Assembly (NCBI GenBank): GCA_964536285.1
Contig: CAZHXG010000004.1
Span: 11,121 to 75,120, forward strand
Source: an uncultured Bifidobacteriaceae bacterium
Lineage (GTDB): Bacteria; Verrucomicrobiota; Verrucomicrobiia; Limisphaerales; UBA11358
Length of the DNA stretch: 64,000 nt
Direction of reading: 5' to 3'
Shown: positions 33,445-41,572 of the stretch, one piece after another
Layout of the letters: each line of letters begins with the position of its first letter
Numbering within the stretch: the first letter of the stretch is position 1
Program-made: the position numbers and the translations under genes
Notes under the pieces: generated by a model
Database searches by the model: none
The model's input: only the letters and a program-made list of their open reading frames with translations
What the model was told of the DNA's origin: nothing

Positions 33445-33750
33445 ATGTTCTTGGTCCGCCGCATGATCGTTATGAATGAAAATGGCCTCGCTTTCTGGAT
33501 GACCCTGACCGGCACCATTTGCTGGGCTGTTTGCTTTTGGTGGATGCACCGGCTGTCAACCAAGCAGAACGCGCTTTTGGACCAGCTTCGCGAACAGGGC
33601 AAACGCATCGAAAAACTTTCCAAGATCGAACACGACCTCATCAAGGAAGTGCATCCGCAGGTCGGCGAGATCAAGGAAGGGATGGACGAGATGATCGCGG
33701 CGGTGAAGGAAAATTCCAATCCCCCGGCATCCAAAAAGAAGGGGCATTAG
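33445..33750 (+). CDS. Small membrane-anchored coiled-coil protein, hypothetical
   Basis: One hydrophobic helix (AFWMTLTGTICWAVCFWWM) followed by a charged helical tail. The start codon is uncertain. Confidence 0.45.
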   Translation: MFLVRRMIVMNENGLAFWMTLTGTICWAVCFWWMHRLSTKQNALLDQLREQGKRIEKLSKIEHDLIKEVHPQVGEIKEGMDEMIAAVKENSNPPASKKKGH

Positions 33751-34028
33751 TTCCGCCAATCGCGCCGCAGGCGAGACTGCTCCGTCCTGAATTTTGCGGT
33801 CCCGCCCTGAAAATTTTTATTGACCCCGAATACTCCGATATGATTTAACAATTTCAGGTTCGGGCGGGTCGGATTATGGACTGGGTCAGGGTCACAAGTG
33901 TGATTTGGGAAAGGGCACGGGGACGCAAAGGTCTTCGCGTTTTCCCGTCCCGTGATACTTTCGCGCGGTGTCGCGCAGCGACCCGCCGGTCTGCCCCGGC
34001 CATTTTTAGCCGAGTCCCCACCCCCGGG

Positions 34029-34350
34029 CGGCGCGTCACCATCATCAGGCGGCGCGCCGTAATCATTTTTACACGCGGAAACTTCATCCGCACGCGTGTC
34101 GCAACCATTTTTACGCGCGTAAACTTCGTCCGCACGCGCGTGGCGATGATTCTTACGCAAGGAATAATCATTCCCACGCGAGTAAACTTCATTCCCACGT
34201 GCGTGGAAATCATTCCTACGCACGTAAACTTCATCGGTGCGCGCGTAAAAATCATTCCTACGCACGTAAACTTCATCGGTGCGCGCGTGGAAATCATTTT
34301 TACTCACGTAAAAACCGTTCCCACGCACGTAAAAATCATTTTTACGCACC
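34029..34350. repeat. Tandem array of about 15 units of a 21-bp repeat with a 42-bp higher-order structure
   Basis: Units start at 34050, 34071, 34092 and so on to 34344, exactly 21 bp apart. Two alternating types: ACGCACGTAAACTTCATCGGT and GCGCGCGTGGAAATCATTCCT. The stretch CCTACGCACGTAAACTTCATCGGTGCGCGCGT is repeated exactly at a 42-bp offset. Confidence 0.9.
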
Positions 34351-34447
34351 ATTTTATGGCCAAAACAGGCCGAAAATGCAGGAAATCCGCTGTTTTTCCC
34401 TCCTAAACACCGCAAACAACCAAAAAACCACAAATAACACATCAACT

Positions 34448-35146
34448 ATGGCAAAAACCGGATACATACAGCAAAGCGACATCGCCTTCTCGGCGCAGTT
34501 GCAAACCTTCAAGAACAACATCGGCAGTTACTCGGCTGCGCTCGGCGTCAGCGCCGCGCAAGTCACCGGACAGGCGGCGGATGCCGATTACTTCGAATAC
34601 GTCCTCAAATGTCAGGCCGTCATGCAGAATGGCGCGCAACAATGGACGGCGTGGAAAGACCTCACCCGCGACGGCGGCACACTGCCGCCCACCGGCATGC
34701 CCGCCGCGGCCGTGTTTCCCACCTCCGTTCCGCCCGTCGCTTCCGGCGTGGAAGTGCGGTTCCGCGCGCTGGTCAAACAGATCAAGGCCAGCGCCGACTA
34801 CAACGAAGCCGTCGGCGACGCGCTGGGCATCGAAGGCGCGCAACAGACCGCGCCCGACCTGACCGCCGTCCAGCCGCAGATTGCCGTGGAGATTTCCGGC
34901 GGTCATGTGCAAGTGGATTGGGATTGGCAGGGCAACAGCGCCTTTCTGGACATGTGCGAGATACAGGTGGATCGCGGCGACGGCAAGGGCTTCGGTGTTC
35001 TGGCCTACGACACCACGCCCGGCTACACGGACACCGCGCCGTTCCCCGCCACGCCCGCCAAGTGGACATACAAGGCCATTTATCGCGTGAACGACGCGGA
35101 AGTGGGCCAATGGAGCAATCCCGTCAGCATCGTGGTGCAGGCCTGA
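34448..35146 (+). CDS. Hypothetical protein with a C-terminal beta-sandwich (FN3-like) region
   Basis: 232 aa from the ATG at 34448 (MAKTGYIQQSD...). The codon usage looks like the host. The upstream part of the track ORF (34199-34447) is read-through of the repeat array. Confidence 0.6.
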   Translation: MAKTGYIQQSDIAFSAQLQTFKNNIGSYSAALGVSAAQVTGQAADADYFEYVLKCQAVMQNGAQQWTAWKDLTRDGGTLPPTGMPAAAVFPTSVPPVASGVEVRFRALVKQIKASADYNEAVGDALGIEGAQQTAPDLTAVQPQIAVEISGGHVQVDWDWQGNSAFLDMCEIQVDRGDGKGFGVLAYDTTPGYTDTAPFPATPAKWTYKAIYRVNDAEVGQWSNPVSIVVQA

Positions 35147-35170
35147 AATATTTCATCTGCGGATAACACA

Positions 35171-35200
35171 GCGGCCTTCGGAAACGGAGGCCGCTTTTTT
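35171..35200 (+). terminator. Rho-independent terminator
   Basis: GCGGCC-ttcggaaacgga-GGCCGC followed by TTTTTT, 25 nt after the stop at 35146. Confidence 0.75.
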
Positions 35201-35261
35201 CATTGCGCGAATTTTCAAAGAGGACGGCGTATGATTCTTCTTATCGCTCGGAGAACGCGGG

Positions 35262-36347
35262 TTAAGGATTTGATAAAAGTTTATCAAGAGAATAGTTTAG
35301 TGTCCGTAAATCAGGAGAAAGGGAAAAATCTTTACCCAATTGTAGCATTTGCTTATTAAAATTTGTTTCGCGAGAATCTACCACATAATGGAAAGAAAAA
35401 GTTAATGTGTTGGTATCGAAGGAATATAAATCTCCCCAAAACATATTTTTTAAAAATTCTGTAGCAAATAAACGAGTCGGATATCTACTACTTGCATCCA
35501 CTATGGTCATTTCAACGCTCCCCTTTATAGGAACATGATTCAATCTTACAATATATGCAATAGCACCGTTAGTGTTAGAGATAAAAAGCACATTATTAGT
35601 GTCCGCAACTGAAAAAGTTACGTTAGTTGTCTTATCGTATAAATTGTCAACCCAGTATTCTATGTCAGAAAGTTTTTTTGTTTGAGAGTCAAGATTTGTC
35701 GTTGTAGCCAATAATTGATTTTGCAGCGTCGAAATTTGTTGGAACTGGTTCGTTATGGCGGATTGCTGACTGGAAACGTTAGCTGCAGCATCTGCGATTT
35801 TATCTTGCTGTTTTGATAATCTTTTTTCTACGTCTGCAATTTGAACTTTGAATTCATCCTGTCCTTTGCTTAATATCAATTGGTTTGACGATAGTTCAAA
35901 TTGTTGCTGCGATAAGCTTTGGTGCATATCTGCAACGGTTTTCTGATAGTTATCAATTTTCTCTCCGTAGGATTGCAATGTGGAGGTTACTTGCCATAAC
36001 AAATGAGTTTTCAACAAGGCTTGCACGCCAGAAAGTCCGCAAAAACAGGCAAATACAGAAATTAGTAAAATTACAAAAGCATAGGCTAGACTATCCTTGT
36101 GCGCAAAATAAACAGCAAGAATAAGAAATGCAAAGCCAAATCCCCAACAAACAAATTGTTCAAGGCTTAAATCGTTCCAAAATTTAGATAGAAAATCGCC
36201 ATTGAGTTGAGCGATTACGAAGCATAAAACAGACAATGAGATAGCCAACGCTGAAGTTCGATATTGATTTTTTTTGACGAGCCAAAATGAAAGACTCATT
36301 AACGCCACTGTCATTAAGTAGGCCATTATATGTTCAATAAAATTCAT
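35262..36347 (-). CDS. AT-rich foreign-looking gene: N-terminal multi-TM domain, Gln/Ser-rich coiled coil, and a C-terminal beta-rich domain. Function unknown.
   Basis: 361-aa uninterrupted ORF in a segment that is visibly far more AT-rich than its flanks. About 4 hydrophobic helices, then a long region resembling heptad repeats (QQQFELSSNQLILSKGQDEFKVQIADVEKRLSKQQDKI...). Confidence 0.65.
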   Translation of the reverse strand: MNFIEHIMAYLMTVALMSLSFWLVKKNQYRTSALAISLSVLCFVIAQLNGDFLSKFWNDLSLEQFVCWGFGFAFLILAVYFAHKDSLAYAFVILLISVFACFCGLSGVQALLKTHLLWQVTSTLQSYGEKIDNYQKTVADMHQSLSQQQFELSSNQLILSKGQDEFKVQIADVEKRLSKQQDKIADAAANVSSQQSAITNQFQQISTLQNQLLATTTNLDSQTKKLSDIEYWVDNLYDKTTNVTFSVADTNNVLFISNTNGAIAYIVRLNHVPIKGSVEMTIVDASSRYPTRLFATEFLKNMFWGDLYSFDTNTLTFSFHYVVDSRETNFNKQMLQLGKDFSLSPDLRTLNYSLDKLLSNP

Positions 36348-36547
36348 GGTATGTAAATGAGGTCAACGCAGGCGTCAGGCAGCTTGGCGAGTTGTTCCGG
36401 ATTGTCGCCGCAATAAATGACGCGGGTGTCGAGAAGGGAGCTTGGCTTCAATTTGGTGGCCGTCTGCAAAGACCGGCTCGCGGAGACGGTGGCAGCGCCA
36501 CTGGCCATTGCCCTACCAGAAGATTTTCCAGCAGCCTTTTTCGCCAT
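36344..36547 (-). pseudogene. 5' remnant of a DNA (N6-adenine/N4-cytosine) methyltransferase gene, truncated after 67 codons
   Basis: RVIYCGDNPEQLAKLPDACVDLIYIP stops exactly where the catalytic D/NPPF/Y motif (DLIYIDPPF) should follow. The stop is created at the junction with the AT-rich segment. Confidence 0.7.
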
Positions 36548-36617
36548 GCGTTGAGATTAAGCAACGGATGGCGCGTCGTCAATTCATGGGCGCGGCCACT
36601 TCGGTCTAATTTAAGGG

Positions 36618-36640
36618 AATGGGTAAAACACCCCATAGCG
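36618..36640 (+). promoter_or_regulatory. Conserved stress box (variant) heading the signalling operon
   Basis: AATGGGTAAAACACCCCATAGCG. The ATG at 36671 lies 40 nt after the first C of CCCCAT. Confidence 0.5.
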
Positions 36641-36670
36641 CCCTCTAGTTGACCACCTTAACCTTATGTT

Positions 36671-36850
36671 ATGAAGAGCAGTCATGGGAATGGGAATAAG
36701 GGATTGACGCTGGGTGAATTCATCATGGTCGCATACGACACCTGGGGTAAACGACGAGCCGGACAGATTGTGCGGCTCGCCATCAACACACGCTTGGTCG
36801 AGTTCCGAGGACAACGACGCCTTGTGTTTTCCAAGTGGAGTCTCAATTAA
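36671..36850 (+). CDS. Possible 59-aa leader protein of the signalling operon, below the ORF-track cutoff
   Basis: My hand translation gives MKSSHGNGNKGLTLGEFIMVAYDTWGKRRAGQIVRLAINTRLVEFRGQRRLVFSKWSLN. It ends 12 nt before the dual-receiver gene and has the box-to-ATG spacing seen at other boxes. Confidence 0.35.
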   Translation: MKSSHGNGNKGLTLGEFIMVAYDTWGKRRAGQIVRLAINTRLVEFRGQRRLVFSKWSLN

Positions 36851-36862
36851 ATTTACGATTTT

Positions 36863-37792
36863 ATGACCAAACTCCTTAAAGCTCCTATTGAGCAAGACAT
36901 TGCCGCGCCGGCGCAGAACCAAACGAATCCGCCCCAGCGCATTCTTCTGGTGGATGATGATTTTTACGTGCGCGAACTGAATGCCGGGGTCCTGATCCGC
37001 TACGGTTACAAGGTTGACACCGCTGATGACGGCGCCGATGCATGGAAGGCTCTCAATGAAATCCGTTATGATCTTTTGATCACCGACAATAAAATGGCAA
37101 GGGTGTCGGGACTGGAGTTGATCAAGAAACTGCGTTCCGTGGACATGACGCTGCCGGTCATTCTGGCGTCGGGAACGGCGCCGACGGAGGAGTTAAAGCG
37201 GCACCCGTGGCTGAAACTTGACGCCACGTTGCCCAAACCTTTCACCGTCGCACAGTTGTTGGACACGGTTAAAAAAGTCCTGCGAACTCCGGACAGCAAC
37301 AATTCCAAACTTGATATGAAGACCAACATAATCCCGCGAATCGAAGAACCGGCCATCGCGCCGGCTCAACGACAAACGAATCCGGCGCAACGCATTCTCG
37401 TGGTGGATGACGACAGTGACGTCCGCCAATTGAGCGTTGATGTGCTGACCGGCTGCGGCTACGACGTTGCAGGCGCCAAGGACGGTGCCGACGGCTGGGA
37501 CGAACTTCAGTCCAACATCTATGACCTCGTCATCACCGACAATAAAATGCCCCGGATGACGGGCATCGAGATGCTCGAAAAAGTGCGTTCCGCGCGCATG
37601 TCGCTGCCGGTCATCATGGCCACGGGACATTTGCCCACGCATGAATTTGCCCGCAAGCCGTGGCTGACACCCGACGCCACGTTGCAGAGGCCGTTTTCGG
37701 CTGATGATTTAGTAAAAGTGGTGAAAAAAGTCCTGCGTCCGGAAGACGGCAGCACCGGTCGCAAAGAGGCGTCTTTCCCGATATATCTCTGA
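36863..37792 (+). CDS. Tandem double-receiver (REC-REC) response regulator without an output domain
   Basis: Two internally duplicated modules, PAQ.QTNP.QRIL.VDDD...DL.ITDNKM...LPVI.A.G...PWL..DATL..PF. Confidence 0.88.
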   Translation: MTKLLKAPIEQDIAAPAQNQTNPPQRILLVDDDFYVRELNAGVLIRYGYKVDTADDGADAWKALNEIRYDLLITDNKMARVSGLELIKKLRSVDMTLPVILASGTAPTEELKRHPWLKLDATLPKPFTVAQLLDTVKKVLRTPDSNNSKLDMKTNIIPRIEEPAIAPAQRQTNPAQRILVVDDDSDVRQLSVDVLTGCGYDVAGAKDGADGWDELQSNIYDLVITDNKMPRMTGIEMLEKVRSARMSLPVIMATGHLPTHEFARKPWLTPDATLQRPFSADDLVKVVKKVLRPEDGSTGRKEASFPIYL

Positions 37793-37819
37793 ATGATGTG
37801 CGTTTGGTAAATCGCCGCG

Positions 37820-39070
37820 ATGATGCCGGGCAAACGGGATTCAGGTGGAAGCGGAATGAAAACCAACGATCATCAAAACGGGAACGGCAACGGGGCGCGA
37901 ACGGAGCTGACGCTCCGCGCCTCCGAACTCCGTTACCGGCGGCTGTTCGAAGCGGCCAAGGACGGCATCCTGATTCTGGACGTTGACACGGGGCGAATCG
38001 ACGATGTGAACCCCTTCCTCTTCCATCTCCTGGGTTTTTCCCGCGATGAAATGATCGGCAAAACCGTCGGCGAGCTGAGTCCGTTCAAGGACATCGAGGA
38101 GAACAAGGTCATGCTCTCGCGGTTGCAAAAGGACGGATATGTCCGCTATGAAGATTTGCCGCTGGAAACGAGAGACGGTCGCAAGATGGCCGTGGAGTTT
38201 GTCAGCAACGTGTATCCAGCCGGTGACCACGACGTGATCCAATGCAACGTTCGCAACATCACGGAGCGCAAACATGCGCAAGATGAAATACACCGCCTGA
38301 ATGCAGAACTGGAGCAACGTGTCGCCGAGCGGACGGTGCAACTGGAAGCCACCAACGCGAAACTGGAAACCTCCAACGGGGAAATGGAGTCGTTCAGTTA
38401 TTCCGTTTCCCACGATTTGCGCGCGCCGCTGCGCCATATCATGGGCTTCGTGGAACTGCTGCAAAAAGACGCAGGGCCGTCGCTTTCAGAAAAAAATCGC
38501 CGCCATCTGACGGTCATTTCCCAGTCGGCAAAACACATGGGAAATTTGATTGATGACCTGCTGTCCCTCTCGCGCATCGGACGTGCCGGAATGCAAAAGA
38601 CGGAGTGCGATCTCAATCGGTTGGTTCAGGAGGTGCTGGGCGATTTTAAAGAAGAGACGAAGGAGAGAAATATCGTCTGGGAAATCGATCCGTTGCCGGC
38701 AGTACAGGCCGACTGTTCCCTGCTGCGCATGGTGCTGGTCAATCTGATCTCCAATGCGGTGAAATTCACCGGCAAATGCGCCGAGGCCAAAATCGAAATC
38801 GGTTGCGTTCCCGGTCGGGACGACGAGACGGTGATTTTTATTCGCGACAACGGCGCGGGTTTCGATCCGCGTTATGTCCACAAACTGTTCGGCGTATTTC
38901 AACGCCTGCACAGCCAGGACGAGTTCGAGGGCACGGGCATCGGGCTGGCGAACGTCCAGCGCATCATTCTCCGGCACGGTGGCCGGGTATGGGCGGAGGG
39001 CGTGGTGGATGGCGGCGCGACATTTTACTTTTCGATTCCAAAACAAGACAAAGGCGTCAATGGACACTGA
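37820..39070 (+). CDS. PAS-domain sensor histidine kinase (HisKA, HATPase_c)
   Basis: PAS region (YRRLFEAAKDGILILD), H-box FSYSVSHDLRAPLRHI, and G-boxes DNGAGF and GTGIGLANV. An alternative start lies at 37856. Confidence 0.92.
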   Translation: MMPGKRDSGGSGMKTNDHQNGNGNGARTELTLRASELRYRRLFEAAKDGILILDVDTGRIDDVNPFLFHLLGFSRDEMIGKTVGELSPFKDIEENKVMLSRLQKDGYVRYEDLPLETRDGRKMAVEFVSNVYPAGDHDVIQCNVRNITERKHAQDEIHRLNAELEQRVAERTVQLEATNAKLETSNGEMESFSYSVSHDLRAPLRHIMGFVELLQKDAGPSLSEKNRRHLTVISQSAKHMGNLIDDLLSLSRIGRAGMQKTECDLNRLVQEVLGDFKEETKERNIVWEIDPLPAVQADCSLLRMVLVNLISNAVKFTGKCAEAKIEIGCVPGRDDETVIFIRDNGAGFDPRYVHKLFGVFQRLHSQDEFEGTGIGLANVQRIILRHGGRVWAEGVVDGGATFYFSIPKQDKGVNGH

Positions 39071-39605
39071 ATTTAAAAACATCAAAAACATCCTGTTGAT
39101 CGAAGACGACCCGCATGACGTGGAGCTGACACTGGCAGCGCTGGAGGAGCATCATCTGGCCAACCGGGTCGTGGTCGCCTGCGATGGCGCGGAGGCGCTG
39201 GATTATCTTTATCGCCGGGGAAAATTTAAAATGCGCTCGGGCGGCGATCCCATCCTGGTGCTGCTCGACCTGAAGATGCCCAAGGTCAACGGACTGGAAG
39301 TGTTGAAAGCCATCAAGGCCGACGAGTCCTTGAAACTCATTCCTGTGGTCGTGCTTTCTTCCTCGCGCGAAACGCCGGATCTGGTCGAGTGTTACAAACA
39401 CGGCGTCAACGCCTATGTGGTGAAGCCCGTGGATTTCGGCGACTTCATGAAGGCGGTCAAACAACTCGGTATTTTTTGGGCGGCCATCAACGAACCGCCG
39501 CCCACCACCTCGAGAGAAAGAGCCGAGGCTGACAACGGAGTTCTTTCCGGAAAGGAAGAAATTAAAAATGAAATCCCCGCTCCACATCCTGCATCTGGAG
39601 GATAA
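39060..39605 (+). CDS. Single-domain response regulator (Rcp1-like)
   Basis: ILLIEDDPHDVEL...VLLDLKMPKVNGLEVL...VVVLSSS...YVVKPVDF. The ATG at 39060 overlaps the kinase stop. Confidence 0.9.
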   Translation: MDTEFKNIKNILLIEDDPHDVELTLAALEEHHLANRVVVACDGAEALDYLYRRGKFKMRSGGDPILVLLDLKMPKVNGLEVLKAIKADESLKLIPVVVLSSSRETPDLVECYKHGVNAYVVKPVDFGDFMKAVKQLGIFWAAINEPPPTTSRERAEADNGVLSGKEEIKNEIPAPHPASGG

Positions 39606-41544
39606 TCCAAACGATGCCGCGCTCATTCAATCCGCTCTGGAAGCGGGGGGCATCACTTGCGCGATCACATGCGTCCAAAACCGTGATGAGTTTGTGGCGG
39701 CGCTGGAACGCGGGAATATTGACCTGATCCTTTCGGACTGCGCGCTGCCCGCCTTCGACGGAATGTCGGCATTGAAAATCGCGCACGCCAAGTGGCCGGC
39801 CATACCTTTAATCTTTGTGTCCGGGACGCTGGGCGAGGAAAAAGCCATTGATTCGCTCAAGAGTGGCGCGACGGATTATGTCCTGAAGGAACGCCTCGCC
39901 CGTCTCGTTCCCGCGGTGCGCCGCGCCATGCGGGAAATCGAGGCGCGCGAAGAACGCCAGAGGGCCGACAAGATACTCCAGAGCGAGCGCAATTTGTTGG
40001 AAGTCAGCCTGAACAGCCTGCCGGGGATTTTTTTTCTGTTTGACCAGGCGGGAAATTTTCTGCACTGGAACAGGAATTTTGAGAGCGTCTCCGGTTATGC
40101 CGCCGTGGAGATCGCCCGCATGAAGCCGCTTGATTTTTTTGCCGGAGACGAGCGGGACGGCATGGCCGGAAAGATTGAAAAAGTTTTTGCGGAAGGCACC
40201 GCGATTGTCGAAGCACACTTCACGGCCAAGGACGGCACGCGCACACCCTACTATTTTAACGGAAACAAAATCCAGTTGGAAGGCAGGCCGTGCCTCATCG
40301 GCACCGGCATTGATATTTCCGAACGGCGGCGGCTGGAGACGCGGTTCATCGAAGCGCAAAAAATGGAGGTGATCGGCCAGCTCGCCGGCGGCGTGGCGCA
40401 CGATTTCAACAACGTCCTCGCGGTCATCATGGGTTACAGCGATTTGATCATGTCAGATCTCGGCCCGGACACAGACAGTCCGCTGCGAAAATACGCCGAG
40501 GAGATCCGGCACGCATCGGAGCGTGCCGCCGGGTTGACACAGCAACTGCTTGTCTTCAGCCGAAAGCAAACGGTGCAACTCGTCGTGCTCGATCTCAATG
40601 ACGTGATGAAAGACCTGGATAAAATGCTGCGGCGGCTCACTGACGAACGCATCGAAATGACGATTGTCCCCGGAAAAAAAATCGGACGCGTCAAGGCCGA
40701 CTCGGGCTACATCGGGCAGGTGCTGATGAATCTGGTCGTCAATGCCCGCGATGCCATGCCCGACGGCGGCAAGCTCACCATCGCCACCAGCAATGTAACG
40801 CTCGATGAAAACTACGAGCACACACACAAGGGCGCAATTCCCGGCGACTACGTGATGCTTAGCGTCACTGACACGGGAACCGGCATGACCGACGAAGTCA
40901 AAAAGCGTTTGTTTGAAGCATTCTACACAACGAAACCTAGAGGCAAAGGAACCGGTCTTGGACTGGCAACCTGCCAGACCATCGTCCAACAATCCGGCGG
41001 CCATATCTTCGTTGACAGCGAGATTGGCAGGGGCACGACCTTCAAGATTTATTTTCCGCGAGTCGATCAGCCGCTTGATGCCGCGGCAAAACCGGTCCAG
41101 ACCGGACCGTTGCCGCGCGGGACGGAGACCTTGCTGGTCGTGGAGGATGATCCATCCGTGCGGCATCTGGCTCGCGGTGTGTTGGAAGCCCAAGGTTATG
41201 AAGTGCTGTCGGCCTCGAACGGCCAGGATGCGCTGCGCGCAGCGCGCGAACATAAAGGGTCGCCAATCCGTCTGGTGGTCACCGACGTCATCATGCCGCT
41301 GATGGGCGGCAAGGTGATGGCGGAGTGGCTGAAAACAACTTATCCCGGCCTCAAAATCCTCTTCACGTCGGGTTACACGGATGACGCCATTTCTCAACAT
41401 GGCGTGCTTGATCCGGGCGTGGCGTTCCTGTCCAAACCCTACACTCCCGCCACCCTTGCCCGCAAAGTGCGCGCGATGCTGGATAATGAAACTGACAGCG
41501 CCTTCCTTCGGAAACAAGACGTGACGATCAATCAAAGCCAGTGA
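39568..41544 (+). CDS. Hybrid sensor kinase REC-PAS-HisKA-HATPase-REC
   Basis: N-terminal receiver (ILHLEDNPNDAALI...LILSDCALP), PAS, H-box AGGVAHDFNNVL, HATPase (GTGLGLATC) and C-terminal receiver (LLVVEDDPSVR...LVVTDVIMP). Confidence 0.92.
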   Translation: MKSPLHILHLEDNPNDAALIQSALEAGGITCAITCVQNRDEFVAALERGNIDLILSDCALPAFDGMSALKIAHAKWPAIPLIFVSGTLGEEKAIDSLKSGATDYVLKERLARLVPAVRRAMREIEAREERQRADKILQSERNLLEVSLNSLPGIFFLFDQAGNFLHWNRNFESVSGYAAVEIARMKPLDFFAGDERDGMAGKIEKVFAEGTAIVEAHFTAKDGTRTPYYFNGNKIQLEGRPCLIGTGIDISERRRLETRFIEAQKMEVIGQLAGGVAHDFNNVLAVIMGYSDLIMSDLGPDTDSPLRKYAEEIRHASERAAGLTQQLLVFSRKQTVQLVVLDLNDVMKDLDKMLRRLTDERIEMTIVPGKKIGRVKADSGYIGQVLMNLVVNARDAMPDGGKLTIATSNVTLDENYEHTHKGAIPGDYVMLSVTDTGTGMTDEVKKRLFEAFYTTKPRGKGTGLGLATCQTIVQQSGGHIFVDSEIGRGTTFKIYFPRVDQPLDAAAKPVQTGPLPRGTETLLVVEDDPSVRHLARGVLEAQGYEVLSASNGQDALRAAREHKGSPIRLVVTDVIMPLMGGKVMAEWLKTTYPGLKILFTSGYTDDAISQHGVLDPGVAFLSKPYTPATLARKVRAMLDNETDSAFLRKQDVTINQSQ

Positions 41545-41572
41545 TTACTTCACAGACCAACCGACTGATGAT

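Noticed and set aside
33790-33880. Long-range inverted repeat CCCGCCCTGAAA ... TTTCAGGTTCGGGCGGG after the small membrane protein gene, considered as a terminator or riboswitch-like element.
   Set aside because: The stem is interrupted, the loop is about 45 nt, and no U-tract follows. This is insufficient to call an RNA element without covariation data.
34029-34350. Could the repeat array be a CRISPR array?
   Set aside because: The units are contiguous with no unique spacers, the unit length is 21 bp, and no cas genes are present in the window.
33747-34445. Track ORFs crossing the 21-bp array on both strands (33747-34445, 33854-34297, 33876-34406, and the 34199-34447 extension).
   Set aside because: Several overlapping frames on both strands are open only because the repeat unit is a stop-free multiple of three. 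Unit differences are non-synonymous in those frames, and no start or RBS context supports them. I kept this as a caveat in the repeat finding.
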